Shown: one piece after another, positions 17,798 through 27,734 of the stretch | Numbering within the stretch: the first letter of the stretch is position 1 | Layout of the letters: the number at the start of each line of letters is the position of its first letter | From: Oscillospiraceae bacterium | Lineage (GTDB): Bacteria > Bacillota > Clostridia > UMGS1883 | Assembly (NCBI GenBank): GCA_015068735.1 | Contig: SVJW01000001.1 | Location: 9,123-73,122 of the forward strand | Length of the DNA stretch: 64,000 bases | Reading direction: 5' to 3' | Made by a program: the position numbers and the translations under genes | The notes under the pieces: model-generated | Told to the model about the DNA's origin: nothing | The model's input: the letters and a program-made list of their open reading frames with translations, nothing else | Database searches by the model: none

Positions 17798-20632
17798 TTA
17801 TTCTTCAATGATATAAATCATCTGAGCTGCTACAGAAGAGGATGTGGATTTTACAAATACAAGAACCTTGCTTGCATCCATGCCCTCTGTACCATCATAA
17901 ACCTCTTCCATAGAAGAAAGTTCAACGTCACCGCTGGATGTCAACCTAAATACCTTGGTATTTGCACCATACTTCTGAGTTTTTCCGCCATCAGCATCTA
18001 TTTCGATATTGCTGTCTGTTGTATCCTTGCTGATAATTTCACCAAAGATTACCATAAGCTTGGAAGAAGTATTATCAACCCTGATAAAGTCTGATTCATC
18101 ATCCTCATCATACATTACATCTTCGCTGCAATCATAGAACAACTCAATAGCAACAGCCTCACCGCTATTATCAGTGATGTAGCGGATGACGTCACCTTCT
18201 TCAATGTCGCCAACTTCTACAAGGTTGTAATCACCGATTTCAGTAGTAAACTTATCCTCGGAAACAATTACTGTAGTTTCTGTTTCTGCACCATTCTTAT
18301 AACCTGTGAATGTTGCATTATCTCCTCTACCACCTGTTTCGGTAACAATGAGATACGGTGAGCTTCCTGTGAAGTTAAGAGTGGGATTTGTACCATAAAC
18401 GATTACCATCTTAGCAAGTTTGTTGGAGGAGGTGGGGTCTACACCGAACACTTCAACATAGCGGGGACCGCTGACTGCAAATGCTGTGGATGCACTCATC
18501 TTTGCATAAGAGCTTTCTTCAGTTCTGTCCTTAGGAACGTAAAGCACGAATGTTGAGCTGTTTACACTATAGCTTACACCGTCTGCCGTAACTTTTGTTG
18601 TGGTTGTGCTTGTGGGTGAGCCTGTAAGTTTTCCGTCGTAGGTGAAATTATCGCCTGTTACAGGTTCATCATAATCACCAAGGATTGTATCGATTCCGTC
18701 AATTGTTCTGAGTCCGGAAGACGCATAGCCTGAAACAGAATACTTAATGGGCTGTTCATAACCGTCTTTATCAGTAAGTGTACTGTCTTCGATTGCATTT
18801 GCATTAATTTCAAGTGCAGCTTCTCCAAGAATATCAAATACAGCAGAAGGCTTTTTCTTGCTGCCGTCAATCTTTACGGAGTCCTTAAGTTCGTAATAAT
18901 TTATATTTCCGTTAGTCTCCAAGATACCGATTTCATTACGTCTTGTATCAGTATATACGATATAGCCGTATGCCCAAGAAGTATTGGAAGAGGCTTCACT
19001 GTAGTTAACAGCAGCAATCTGTCCACAGTAATCTACATAGTATGTGTAGGAATCAGAAAGCGAGAAAGGAGCTTTTTTATCATTTGAAGTACCTTCAAAG
19101 TCACGATATTGCTGAGTAAGATACATTACCTTATCGTCAAGTTCTACCTGTCTTTCGCTGTCAAGACCTGATGTAACCTTACCTGACTTGGAGCCCTTTG
19201 TAACATACATCTTGCAAATAGGTTCGCCCGATGCATCTGCGGGAGATTCAAGATAGTTAATTACATCATACTGAGAAAGAGAAAGAGATTCATATGCAGT
19301 AAGTTTGTAACTACTGCTGCCTGAAGCCTTTACATAAATCTGAGGTTTATCAGATGCTCTTACAGGGAACTGGTAGTAGTTGTTTCCTTCGTAGTTAGCA
19401 TACTTTATGAAAACCTTTTCATTATTTTTGTCAAAGCTGTTTACAACGAACACGTCATAGCTATTTACAACAACAATTTTCTTTCCAAGCGAACTAAAGA
19501 TTTCAACAGTACCGTTTTTGAAATCGTCGAAATCATACTCTTCAACATATTTACCGTTTACGATAAATGTTGCACCGCTGATATTCTCTGTATCTCTTCT
19601 ACCATTGTCATCTTCCGTTTTAATTGAAGAAGAGCTTGCTGAAACAATGTTCTGCTCTTTTATAATTGTAGAAGATGTTTTCTCCACTTTTAAAGAAGTA
19701 ATCTCAGCTTCAAGATTATCATAATAAGCTGTTATTTTTCTTCCGATAAGATTATCAAGTTCAAGTGTTTCGAGAAGTTTTCTTGAAATAGTATATTCGC
19801 CATCGTGCTTGCTTTCTGTAGCATCAATAACAATTTCATCTTCATTAAGATTTGTGTAATCGGAATCAAGTCCTGTATAGAAAGTCTCTGTAACTACACC
19901 TGTGATTGTTGTCATATTACCTTCCGGTGTTTCAGAACCTTCTTCATCTTTTACAAGATTACCGTTTTCATCTTCTCTGAGAGCAGGAGCATCAACAGCA
20001 TTACTTGTAAGAATAGCTACAGTACCTCTGTTTGCAGGTGCTGTTACTAAGGATGTCATGGCATTTTTGCTGATACCATGCTTATTCGCAGCCATAATAT
20101 AACCGGTAGACCATGTGGTTGTATTAGGATTTACTGCATATGCCTTGTTATACTCACTTGTAGCAATAGTTTCATAACCGATTGCACAGATAAGCATCTT
20201 AACTGCCTGCTCGTATGTTACGGGTTCTGCCGCTCTGAATGTACCGTCCGGGAAACCGTTGATTATACCGAGGCCAACAGCTGCCTTTACATAAGGACGT
20301 GCCCATGCACGTGAAGAATCATTGTCAAGATCTGAAAAGCCTGTAACCGCATCCTGAGGAAGGCTGTCTGCAACGCCCTTCATACGGGTAACAATAGCAG
20401 CAAATTCTGCTCTTGTAATCTGGTTGTTGGGCTTGAATGATTCGGCAACTCCGTCACCGTCATCATCATAACCTGTGATGATACCATAAGCAACAAGTTT
20501 GCTTACAGCCGCATCAACATTTGGGTCTTCAACATCACTGAATGAACCTTCTGCAAATGCCACAAGACCCATGCTTGTAAGGATCATTGCGATTGCAAGA
20601 AGAACAGTGAATAATCTTTTGAAACCTTTCAT
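17798..20632 (-). CDS. Large cell-surface protein with N-terminal signal peptide and SLH domains (S-layer / wall-anchored)
   Basis: Start trimmed to ATG 20632 (GAAGGAGAG upstream). Signal peptide MKGFKRLFTVLLAIAMILTSMGLVAFA. SLH-like repeats: FSDVEDPNVDAAVSKLVAYGIITG... and FSDLDNDSSRAWARPYVKAAVGLGIINGFPDGTFR. Confidence 0.85.
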   Translation of the reverse strand: MKGFKRLFTVLLAIAMILTSMGLVAFAEGSFSDVEDPNVDAAVSKLVAYGIITGYDDDGDGVAESFKPNNQITRAEFAAIVTRMKGVADSLPQDAVTGFSDLDNDSSRAWARPYVKAAVGLGIINGFPDGTFRAAEPVTYEQAVKMLICAIGYETIATSEYNKAYAVNPNTTTWSTGYIMAANKHGISKNAMTSLVTAPANRGTVAILTSNAVDAPALREDENGNLVKDEEGSETPEGNMTTITGVVTETFYTGLDSDYTNLNEDEIVIDATESKHDGEYTISRKLLETLELDNLIGRKITAYYDNLEAEITSLKVEKTSSTIIKEQNIVSASSSSIKTEDDNGRRDTENISGATFIVNGKYVEEYDFDDFKNGTVEIFSSLGKKIVVVNSYDVFVVNSFDKNNEKVFIKYANYEGNNYYQFPVRASDKPQIYVKASGSSSYKLTAYESLSLSQYDVINYLESPADASGEPICKMYVTKGSKSGKVTSGLDSERQVELDDKVMYLTQQYRDFEGTSNDKKAPFSLSDSYTYYVDYCGQIAAVNYSEASSNTSWAYGYIVYTDTRRNEIGILETNGNINYYELKDSVKIDGSKKKPSAVFDILGEAALEINANAIEDSTLTDKDGYEQPIKYSVSGYASSGLRTIDGIDTILGDYDEPVTGDNFTYDGKLTGSPTSTTTTKVTADGVSYSVNSSTFVLYVPKDRTEESSYAKMSASTAFAVSGPRYVEVFGVDPTSSNKLAKMVIVYGTNPTLNFTGSSPYLIVTETGGRGDNATFTGYKNGAETETTVIVSEDKFTTEIGDYNLVEVGDIEEGDVIRYITDNSGEAVAIELFYDCSEDVMYDEDDESDFIRVDNTSSKLMVIFGEIISKDTTDSNIEIDADGGKTQKYGANTKVFRLTSSGDVELSSMEEVYDGTEGMDASKVLVFVKSTSSSVAAQMIYIIEE

Positions 20633-20681
20633 ATTTTTCTCTCCTTCGTATATATATTTTTTTTGCACAATATACAATTAT

Positions 20682-20710
20682 ATTTTACCTTGAAAATCGT
20701 AATAAGTCAA
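20682..20710 (-). promoter_or_regulatory. Sigma-A-type promoter for the SLH protein gene
   Basis: On the minus strand: TTGACT, 17 nt spacer, TAAAAT. Confidence 0.55.
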
Positions 20711-20754
20711 TAGGTTATTATTTATAAATTGTGACGATAAAGGAAATATTACCT

Positions 20755-21549
20755 TTATTTTCCTGTTTTTTTACTAATGCTTTTTTCAGACAGAAAACTG
20801 AGTGCAGCAATACCACCGATAATACACAGCAATGCCACAAGTTGTGAAACGCGGATGTTGCCTATATAGAGGCTATCGGTTCTCAGTCCTTCAATAATAA
20901 ATCTTCCCACTCCGTACCAGGAGATATAAGAGAAGAACGTAAAGCCGTTAAACGGACGTTTTTTATGAAGGAAAGACAGAATTATAAGTCCTGTAAGATT
21001 CCATAAAGATTCATACAAAAATGCAGGATGAACAGGTTCAGCTCCGTTTATGCTCATACGAAGAATATTTGTACAGTATCCGCCAAAAGCCTCTGCATTC
21101 ACAAAATTACCCCATCTGCCTATCATCTGTCCTATCATAAGTCCAAGGCAACAGATATCGAACACTTTTAAAATTTCAAGTTTTTTTATTTTGCAGAAAA
21201 TAACACCTGTTATAACAGCACCTATAATTCCCCCATATATGGCAAGTCCGCCATTCCAGATCTTAACAATATCCTCAAGATGCTTTCCGTAATAATCCCA
21301 GGAAAAAACAACATAATATGTACGGGCACATATTATTGCCACAGGAAGTGCATATATAACCAGATCCGCAAGAGTATCTGCAGAAATACCTTCCTTTTTA
21401 GCAAAATAACTGCAATACAGAAAAGCAAGTAAAATTCCGATACCTATAATCACGCCATACCAGTGAACTTCTCCCACAAAAGGAAGCTTTGCCGCCACAG
21501 GACTAACGTCCACACTAATTCCCAGTCCGGGAAACGAAATGTTATTCAT
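20755..21549 (-). CDS. lgt: Prolipoprotein diacylglyceryl transferase
   Basis: HWYGVIIGIGILLA, GRWGNFVNAEAFG motifs. Confidence 0.9.
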   Translation of the reverse strand: MNNISFPGLGISVDVSPVAAKLPFVGEVHWYGVIIGIGILLAFLYCSYFAKKEGISADTLADLVIYALPVAIICARTYYVVFSWDYYGKHLEDIVKIWNGGLAIYGGIIGAVITGVIFCKIKKLEILKVFDICCLGLMIGQMIGRWGNFVNAEAFGGYCTNILRMSINGAEPVHPAFLYESLWNLTGLIILSFLHKKRPFNGFTFFSYISWYGVGRFIIEGLRTDSLYIGNIRVSQLVALLCIIGGIAALSFLSEKSISKKTGK

Positions 21550-21582
21550 GATCAGTCAATACCTTCTTTCTGAGGGATGCGC

Positions 21583-22887
21583 TCAGGCATCCCCTTCTTT
21601 TTCTTTCGGAAGTACTGTTGATGTGGAACACTGTTCTTCTTTGAACAAGGTCTTCAATCTTTCAATGGCATCTTCCAACGAAATATTTTCACATACAGAC
21701 ACATAGTCAAAGAGGTCAATTCCCTTATGATAGGCAAACATATAGTCATTACCGAAACTTTCAACATTGTCAAGTGTTTCCATAAAGTTTCCCAAATAAA
21801 CTTTTCTTGCCCGTTCAAAGTTTTCCTTGTTGATGCCGTTTTTCTTCGCCTCTTCAACAGTTTTGAAAATTTCTTTTTCTATTTCGGGAATACTTTCGGA
21901 TTCTCCGAAAAAGGCTGCATAACCACAGCTTTGTTCATACTCATAAAAAGCCGAAAAGCTTTTATTTATTACACCTTTGTCATAAAGTTTTTTGTAAAAA
22001 TCACTACTTTTTCCGAAAAGTGTACGAAGAATACAGTTTGTAAGAATCTCTCTCTTGAGCATTTCTTTTCCCGTTCCGCCTGTTTCGGGATCTTTGAAAC
22101 CAATCATAAACATAGGTATGGGAATATCAAAGCTCGCCTCAATATTTCTTTTGAATGCCCGGGTAGATTCTTCCGGGAAAACCTGGGTTATTTCACCGTG
22201 GGGGCTGTCTTTCTTAATACATTTTTCCACACAGTCCCAGATTTTGTTTTCATCCAAATCACCTACGCAGATAAGCGCCATGTTCGATGGATGATAGAAG
22301 GTGTTATAACACTTATAAAGAAGCTCGGGAGTAGTTTTCATAATGTCATCCACTCCGCCCGCAATGTTTATTCTGACAGGGTGATTTTCATACATTGCTT
22401 CAAGGCAATTGTACATACAGGTCTGTTCTGCATCGTCTTCATACATTCTTATTTCCTGTGCTATGATACCTTTTTCCTTTTCCACATTTTCCTCTGTAAA
22501 GTAGGGAGTCTGCACAAACCCTAAAAGAATTTCAAGGTTCTCATAGAAATAATCTGTACAACTGAAAAGGTAATTTGTCACACCAAAACTGGTAAAGGCA
22601 TTGGCATTTGCGCCATATTTTGAAAAGTCGTTGAAGGCATTACTGCCGTCAGGCTGTTCAAAAACCTTATGCTCCAGAAAATGTGCAATTCCGGGAATAA
22701 CCTTTGTGGTTTCATTTTCGCCCGGAACTACAAATTCTGTATTGATTGAGCCATATTTTGTGCTGAAAGTAGCATAGCTCTTTTTAAATCCGCTTTTTTT
22801 GATGAGTATAATCTGAAGTCCGCTTTTATGTGTGGCAGAGTACACGGTTTCTCCCAATGTTTCGTAGTAAGTTTTTGTAAATTCCAT
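21583..22887 (-). CDS. M16 family zinc peptidase (insulinase-like, catalytic subunit)
   Basis: Inverted zinc motif HFLEH (GIAHFLEHKVF); 434 aa. Confidence 0.85.
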   Translation of the reverse strand: MEFTKTYYETLGETVYSATHKSGLQIILIKKSGFKKSYATFSTKYGSINTEFVVPGENETTKVIPGIAHFLEHKVFEQPDGSNAFNDFSKYGANANAFTSFGVTNYLFSCTDYFYENLEILLGFVQTPYFTEENVEKEKGIIAQEIRMYEDDAEQTCMYNCLEAMYENHPVRINIAGGVDDIMKTTPELLYKCYNTFYHPSNMALICVGDLDENKIWDCVEKCIKKDSPHGEITQVFPEESTRAFKRNIEASFDIPIPMFMIGFKDPETGGTGKEMLKREILTNCILRTLFGKSSDFYKKLYDKGVINKSFSAFYEYEQSCGYAAFFGESESIPEIEKEIFKTVEEAKKNGINKENFERARKVYLGNFMETLDNVESFGNDYMFAYHKGIDLFDYVSVCENISLEDAIERLKTLFKEEQCSTSTVLPKEKEGDA

Positions 22888-24140
22888 TATTCTGCCTCCA
22901 TATAATAAACGGTATCAAGTTTCATGCTTTTTGCCGCGGAAACAATTTCTTCACGGGTAACTTCTGAAATTTTTGAAGTCATTTCTTCGATTGAAATATC
23001 ACTTCCCAAAAGGAGCTGCATTGTGTAGTATTCCTCCATTGCGGCAATGCTGTCAAGATTGGATTCATATGCCGTTATAAGGTGTTTTTTCGCAAATTCA
23101 ATTTCTTCGTCTGTGAAATCGCCTTTTTCCATATAACTTTGCTGAAGCATTATCTCATCTTCTGCAGTTTTGAAGTTTTCAAACTCTACGCCACTTCTTA
23201 CAATCATAAGTTCTTTAAGACGGTCAAGAGAGCTTCCTACATAATAGCAAAGGCTCAACTTTTCACGGACATTGTTAAAAAGCTTACTTACCGCACTTCC
23301 GCCAAAAATACAGTTGTACACAACTGCCGCAGGATAGTTTTCACGGATTATTCCGCCTTTACTCCTGAATCCAAGGCAAAGCTTACCCTGTGTAACATCA
23401 AGTTTATCTGTTATTTTTTTAACTTCAGATACTTCCGAAATTATAATTTCCGAACAATGACTTACTTCTCTTTCTGAAAGATTTGATGCAAAATCTTCTG
23501 CAGTTTTAATTGCGGCCTGTTCTTCAAAATTACCACTGAAAATAATATCAATTCGGCTTTCTTCAAGTATTTTTTTGTAATGTGCATAAAGCTTTTCTGC
23601 ATCAATTTTCTCAAGATCTTCAATATAACCCATAGGATTTACACCGTAGGGCTCGTTTTTGCACATTTCTTCCTGTAATCTTTGTACGCTATATGATCTT
23701 TTATCGTTTTTCATTGAAAGAATTGCATCTTTTATATTCTTTTTTTCAAGCAAAACAACCTCATCGCAGAAGTCCTCTCCAGTACCTGCATTAAAAACGA
23801 TATCGGAAAGAAGTTTCATACTGCTGGCAAAATTACCTTTCTTCCCCAGAGCATTATCGCTTACTGACTGGATGCCGATTTTTATAATCTGTCTCTCCCC
23901 ATATTTGGAGGCACGGGCAATAAGGCCTCCGCCGTAAAGGTTTTCAAGTTCTTCGGAAATCTTCTGTGCGTTGGGGAAATTTTTACTCTGCATTCTCATA
24001 ACTGCGGCAGTAAGTGTATTGTATGTGGCTTCGTCTCTCGAAAGAGGACGGTGTATAAGCACGCAGGCTCTGAACGCTTTGAATTTTTTGTCGCACACTG
24101 TATAAAGATTTATTCCCTTTTTAATTTCAGTTTTTCTCAT
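22887..24140 (-). CDS. M16 family peptidase-like protein (no HxxEH motif, probable non-catalytic partner)
   Basis: Start trimmed to ATG 24140. Its size and its pairing with the downstream M16 gene (1-nt overlap) resemble the YmfF/YmfH-type arrangement. Confidence 0.75.
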   Translation of the reverse strand: MRKTEIKKGINLYTVCDKKFKAFRACVLIHRPLSRDEATYNTLTAAVMRMQSKNFPNAQKISEELENLYGGGLIARASKYGERQIIKIGIQSVSDNALGKKGNFASSMKLLSDIVFNAGTGEDFCDEVVLLEKKNIKDAILSMKNDKRSYSVQRLQEEMCKNEPYGVNPMGYIEDLEKIDAEKLYAHYKKILEESRIDIIFSGNFEEQAAIKTAEDFASNLSEREVSHCSEIIISEVSEVKKITDKLDVTQGKLCLGFRSKGGIIRENYPAAVVYNCIFGGSAVSKLFNNVREKLSLCYYVGSSLDRLKELMIVRSGVEFENFKTAEDEIMLQQSYMEKGDFTDEEIEFAKKHLITAYESNLDSIAAMEEYYTMQLLLGSDISIEEMTSKISEVTREEIVSAAKSMKLDTVYYMEAE

Positions 24141-24189
24141 TCCCTGTTTCCTTTCCCGTCTATGTAACGCAGGGGAACTCCCCTGCACT

Positions 24190-24468
24190 TTATCTGCTTT
24201 TCTTTTTGCCGTCTGTCATATCATCAACGGCATTTTCAACTCCGTCTGCTGCATCATCCACAACATCTGTTGCACCGTCAATAAGATCATCCGCACCGTC
24301 TGCTGCATCATCCATAAGGTTGTCTTCGCCGCTTTCGTCAATCATGCCGTCGCCGTCCTGGATTACTCCATTGGAAGTGTCGTTGCCATTATCGGCATCA
24401 TTTTTTCCGCAAGCAGTAAAGGATACCATAAGTGCTGCTACCATTAAGCAAATTAATGTTTTCATCAT
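24190..24468 (-). CDS. Small acidic lipoprotein with Asp/Ala/Gly-rich repeats
   Basis: Start trimmed to ATG 24468 (AAAGGA upstream). MMKTLICLMVAALMVSFTAC lipobox, followed by DDAADGADDLIDGATDVVDDAADGVENAVDDMTDG. Confidence 0.65.
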   Translation of the reverse strand: MMKTLICLMVAALMVSFTACGKNDADNGNDTSNGVIQDGDGMIDESGEDNLMDDAADGADDLIDGATDVVDDAADGVENAVDDMTDGKKKSR

Positions 24469-24642
24469 AAAAATCCTTTCTTTTTTGGAATATATGCCTA
24501 TTATTTCTCTTTTTTTCAGAAATAAACACAAATTCAAGAAACAATTTTAAGTCATTGCTCATAATCTGTTATTGTAGGGCAGTCAATACGGCTTACCTGC
24601 TTTATATAGATTATTTTTTCAAATTTGAAAGGAGCTACTTTT

Positions 24643-24765
24643 ATGTGCTTTGGTAATAATAACAACAACGGTTGCGAATGGATTCTCTGGATTATCGTTA
24701 TCGTAGTTATCCTCAACTGTATCTGCGGAAACAACAACGACGGCTGCGGCTGCGGTTGCAACTAA
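24643..24765 (+). CDS. YjcZ-like tiny transmembrane Cys/Gly/Asn-rich protein (40 aa), absent from the ORF track
   Basis: AAAGGAG 7 nt upstream of ATG 24643. Translation MCFGNNNNNGCEWILWIIVIVVILNCICGNNNDGCGCGCN. Confidence 0.6.
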   Translation: MCFGNNNNNGCEWILWIIVIVVILNCICGNNNDGCGCGCN

Positions 24766-24814
24766 ATAACCTTTAATAATTTTTCACAGGGTGTCGTTCA
24801 CGCGGCACCTTGTG

Positions 24815-25402
24815 TTAGTTATATTCCTTTTTATTAAGTTTTTCTGCAAAAATTTTAAGAGCTTTTCCTCTGTGGCTGATAGCATTTTTTTCGTCAGGAG
24901 TAGCCTCTGCCATAGTTTTTCCGTATTGTTCCACGAAAAAGACAGGATCATAACCAAATCCGTTTTCACCCTTTGGCTCATAATCTATTCTGCCTTCGCA
25001 TTCACCACGGGCGGTTATTATACCTTCGTCTCCCACCAGCGTTATAACGCATACGAAACGGGCTGTTCTTTCATTGTCGGGAACATCCTTCATGTTTTTA
25101 AGAAGAAGCTGCACTCTCCCCTTATCGTCGTATCCTCCACCACCGTAACGGGCACTATATACGCCCGGCTCTCCGTTCAATGCATCCACGCACAATCCAC
25201 TGTCATCGGCAATAGTGGTAATTCCGGTTATGTCATAGATTGCTTTTGCTTTAAGATAGGAATTTTCTTCAAAAGTAGTGCCCGTCTCTTCAACGTCAAT
25301 ATCTACTCCTGCTTCCTCCTGACTTATTATTTCAAAACCTTTTAAAATCTCTCCAAATTCACGGAGCTTATTTTTGTTTTTTGTTGCAGCTATTATTTTC
25401 AT
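24815..25402 (-). CDS. rdgB: XTP/dITP diphosphatase (RdgB / HAM1 family)
   Basis: MKIIAATKNKNKLREF...EETGTTFEENSYLKA...GFGYDPVF. Confidence 0.9.
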   Translation of the reverse strand: MKIIAATKNKNKLREFGEILKGFEIISQEEAGVDIDVEETGTTFEENSYLKAKAIYDITGITTIADDSGLCVDALNGEPGVYSARYGGGGYDDKGRVQLLLKNMKDVPDNERTARFVCVITLVGDEGIITARGECEGRIDYEPKGENGFGYDPVFFVEQYGKTMAEATPDEKNAISHRGKALKIFAEKLNKKEYN

Positions 25403-25836
25403 TCTGCTTCCTCCAGTATTTTGCGAAGTGTTTTTACAAAGCTTTCCGTCTGCTCTTTTGTTCTTTTTGCAGGGCCTTTAAGCCGTCCGCCTGCATTTCT
25501 GACTTTTTTTGCTATAAAACGGCTCATCAGAAGCGAATCAATATTTGAATCGCTGTATTCAAGCCCGTTCTGATTTATAATTCTTGCACCTCTGGAAAGT
25601 CCCATTGCTGCAAGAGCGTAGTCCTGCGTTACGGCAATATCTCCTTTTGAAAGCAGGTTAACAAGTTTGAAATCGGCACTGTCCGCACCTTTTTCAACTA
25701 TTATTGTCTGTGCACCGTCTTTTTCTATTCGGTGAGAAGTATCGCATATTATTATGCACTCTTTACTAAATTCACGGCACAATGAAACCGTTTCATTTAC
25801 TACGGGACAACCGTCGGCATCTATAAAAACTTTCAT
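25399..25836 (-). CDS. YaiI/YqxD family protein (UPF0178, DUF188)
   Basis: MKVFIDADGCPV N-terminus; 145 aa. Confidence 0.85.
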   Translation of the reverse strand: MKVFIDADGCPVVNETVSLCREFSKECIIICDTSHRIEKDGAQTIIVEKGADSADFKLVNLLSKGDIAVTQDYALAAMGLSRGARIINQNGLEYSDSNIDSLLMSRFIAKKVRNAGGRLKGPAKRTKEQTESFVKTLRKILEEAE

Positions 25837-27734
25837 AACTCTTCAAGCTCCATATTGAGATTTTCCCATTCCTGCATAAGATTTTCCTGTTCCTTTTCTT
25901 TTTGGGAAAGAAGTGCACTTAACTCTGTTATTTTTTCATAGTCACTTCCTGCAGAGTTTATCTCTTCGTTAAGCTTTTCGATTTCCGCTTCGCAAACCTC
26001 AATAGCTTCTTCTGTACGTTTTATTCTGCCTTCAAGTTTTCTACGGTCACTTTGCAATTTCTTTTGTTTTTGATAATCGTTAGGCTCTTTTTTTGTTTTT
26101 TCTTCCTTAGGGGTATCCAAAACACGGTTTGCCTCTATTTTATTTACATAGTCATCGTAATTCATATTGTAAGAGTTTACTGTGCCATTTTCAAAAGCCA
26201 GTATCTTGTCTGCCATTTTATTTATAAGATAACGGTCATGGCTGATGATAAAAACAGTTCCCTCAAAATTTGCAATTGCATCTTCAAGTGCTTCCTTTGA
26301 ACGGATATCAAGATGGTTTGTCGGTTCGTCAAGAAGCAGGAAATTTGCTCCTGTAAGCATTATTTCAAGAAGTGAAATTCGTGCCTTTTCACCGCCTGAG
26401 AGAGTATCTGTCATTTTAAACACATCTTCTCCGCGGAACAAAAATGCCGCAAGGGCACTTCTGATTTGTGTTCTGTCCATTTTGGGATATACATCCCAAA
26501 GTTCACTTTCCACATCCTTTCCGCCCTGTATGTCACTTCTGTCCTGGTCATAATAGGCACAGTCAACATTTGTGCCGAAAAGCACGCTGTTTTCCGGAGT
26601 TTCAACTGTTCCCTTTATCATTTTATACAGAGTGGATTTTCCGCATCCGTTAGGACCTAAAAGAAACACCCTTTCCCCTCTTTTTATTTCAAAATTCACA
26701 TCATGGAAAAGATGTTTATCCCCGTATGATTTACTAAGCCCCATAACTTTCAGCACGTCGTTACCGCTTTTTCTTTCGGGGACAAAGCGGAACTTGATTT
26801 TTGATGTATCTTCCTCGGGTTTTTCAAGAGTTTCCTCCAGTCGGTCAATGCTTTTCTGTTTATGCTCCGCTGTACGGATATTTCTTTCCCTGTTCCAACG
26901 TTTCTGCTGCTCAATAATACCCTCGATACGCTTTATTTCCGCCATTGTATTTTCATATTTACGCTCGGCTGCTTTTCTCACCTGCTCCTTTTTTTCAAGG
27001 TAGGTGGAATACGATCCTGTAAAACAGGTAACTTTTCTTGATTCAAGCTCAATTGTCATATTTGTAACCTTGTCAAGAAAATAACGGTCATGACTGATTA
27101 CAATAAACGCTTTGTTACAGTTTCGGAGAAAGTCCTCTAAAAACCTTACCGATTCAATGTCGAGATGGTTTGTCGGCTCGTCAAGAAGCATAAAGTTTGC
27201 TTCCGAAAGAAGTGTTCTCGCAAGAGAAAGACGAGTTTTCTGTCCGCCGGAGAGGGCGTTCATAGGAAGATAAAGCTCACTTTCCAAAAATCCCAATCCG
27301 AGAAGCATACTTCTTGTACGGTTACGGAATGTAAGTCCGTCATTACGGATATATTCAGTGTTTAAGGCTTCCTGTCGGTTGATAAGGCGAGTGGTGTCAC
27401 CCTCCCCTTTTTCAAGAGTAAGACGGATTACCTCCATCTCTTTTTCTATTTCAAAAAAGCGAGAAAAAACCTCCAGCGTATAGTCATACGCCGTAAGGCT
27501 TTCCGAAGATGGTGGGGTCTGCTCCATTACGCCAATTCTGAGATCTGAAGATTTTACGATATCTCCTGTATAATCTTCCTCATCCAGAATGGTGCGAAAC
27601 AGCGTGGTTTTACCCACGCCGTTTGTTCCGATAAAGCCCATTTTCGTATTATTCTCAATGTTAAATGACACATTCTCAAAAAGCACACGCTCACCAAAAC
27701 TTTTTGAGACATTGTTAAGCATAAGAAGGCTCAT
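25833..27734 (-). CDS. ABC-F family ATPase (two ABC domains, no TM domain, C-terminal coiled coil)
   Basis: Two Walker A motifs (GTNGVGKTT, GPNGCGKST), two LSGG signatures and a charged linker. Confidence 0.9.
   Translation of the reverse strand: MSLLMLNNVSKSFGERVLFENVSFNIENNTKMGFIGTNGVGKTTLFRTILDEEDYTGDIVKSSDLRIGVMEQTPPSSESLTAYDYTLEVFSRFFEIEKEMEVIRLTLEKGEGDTTRLINRQEALNTEYIRNDGLTFRNRTRSMLLGLGFLESELYLPMNALSGGQKTRLSLARTLLSEANFMLLDEPTNHLDIESVRFLEDFLRNCNKAFIVISHDRYFLDKVTNMTIELESRKVTCFTGSYSTYLEKKEQVRKAAERKYENTMAEIKRIEGIIEQQKRWNRERNIRTAEHKQKSIDRLEETLEKPEEDTSKIKFRFVPERKSGNDVLKVMGLSKSYGDKHLFHDVNFEIKRGERVFLLGPNGCGKSTLYKMIKGTVETPENSVLFGTNVDCAYYDQDRSDIQGGKDVESELWDVYPKMDRTQIRSALAAFLFRGEDVFKMTDTLSGGEKARISLLEIMLTGANFLLLDEPTNHLDIRSKEALEDAIANFEGTVFIISHDRYLINKMADKILAFENGTVNSYNMNYDDYVNKIEANRVLDTPKEEKTKKEPNDYQKQKKLQSDRRKLEGRIKRTEEAIEVCEAEIEKLNEEINSAGSDYEKITELSALLSQKEKEQENLMQEWENLNMELEEL

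Noticed and set aside
21727-22524. 265-aa ORF antisense to the M16 peptidase gene. Similar cases are 29997-30692, 31430-32140 and 53834-54442.
   Set aside because: All are antisense to confidently assigned genes. Their translations are Phe/Ile/Cys-rich, as expected from AT-rich antisense reading, and none has start signals.
24552-24761. 69-aa minus-strand ORF (MQPQPQPSLLFPQIQL...)
   Set aside because: It has no RBS and a low-complexity translation. It is the antisense reading of the GC-rich Cys/Gly codons of the plus-strand YjcZ-like gene, which has a proper RBS.
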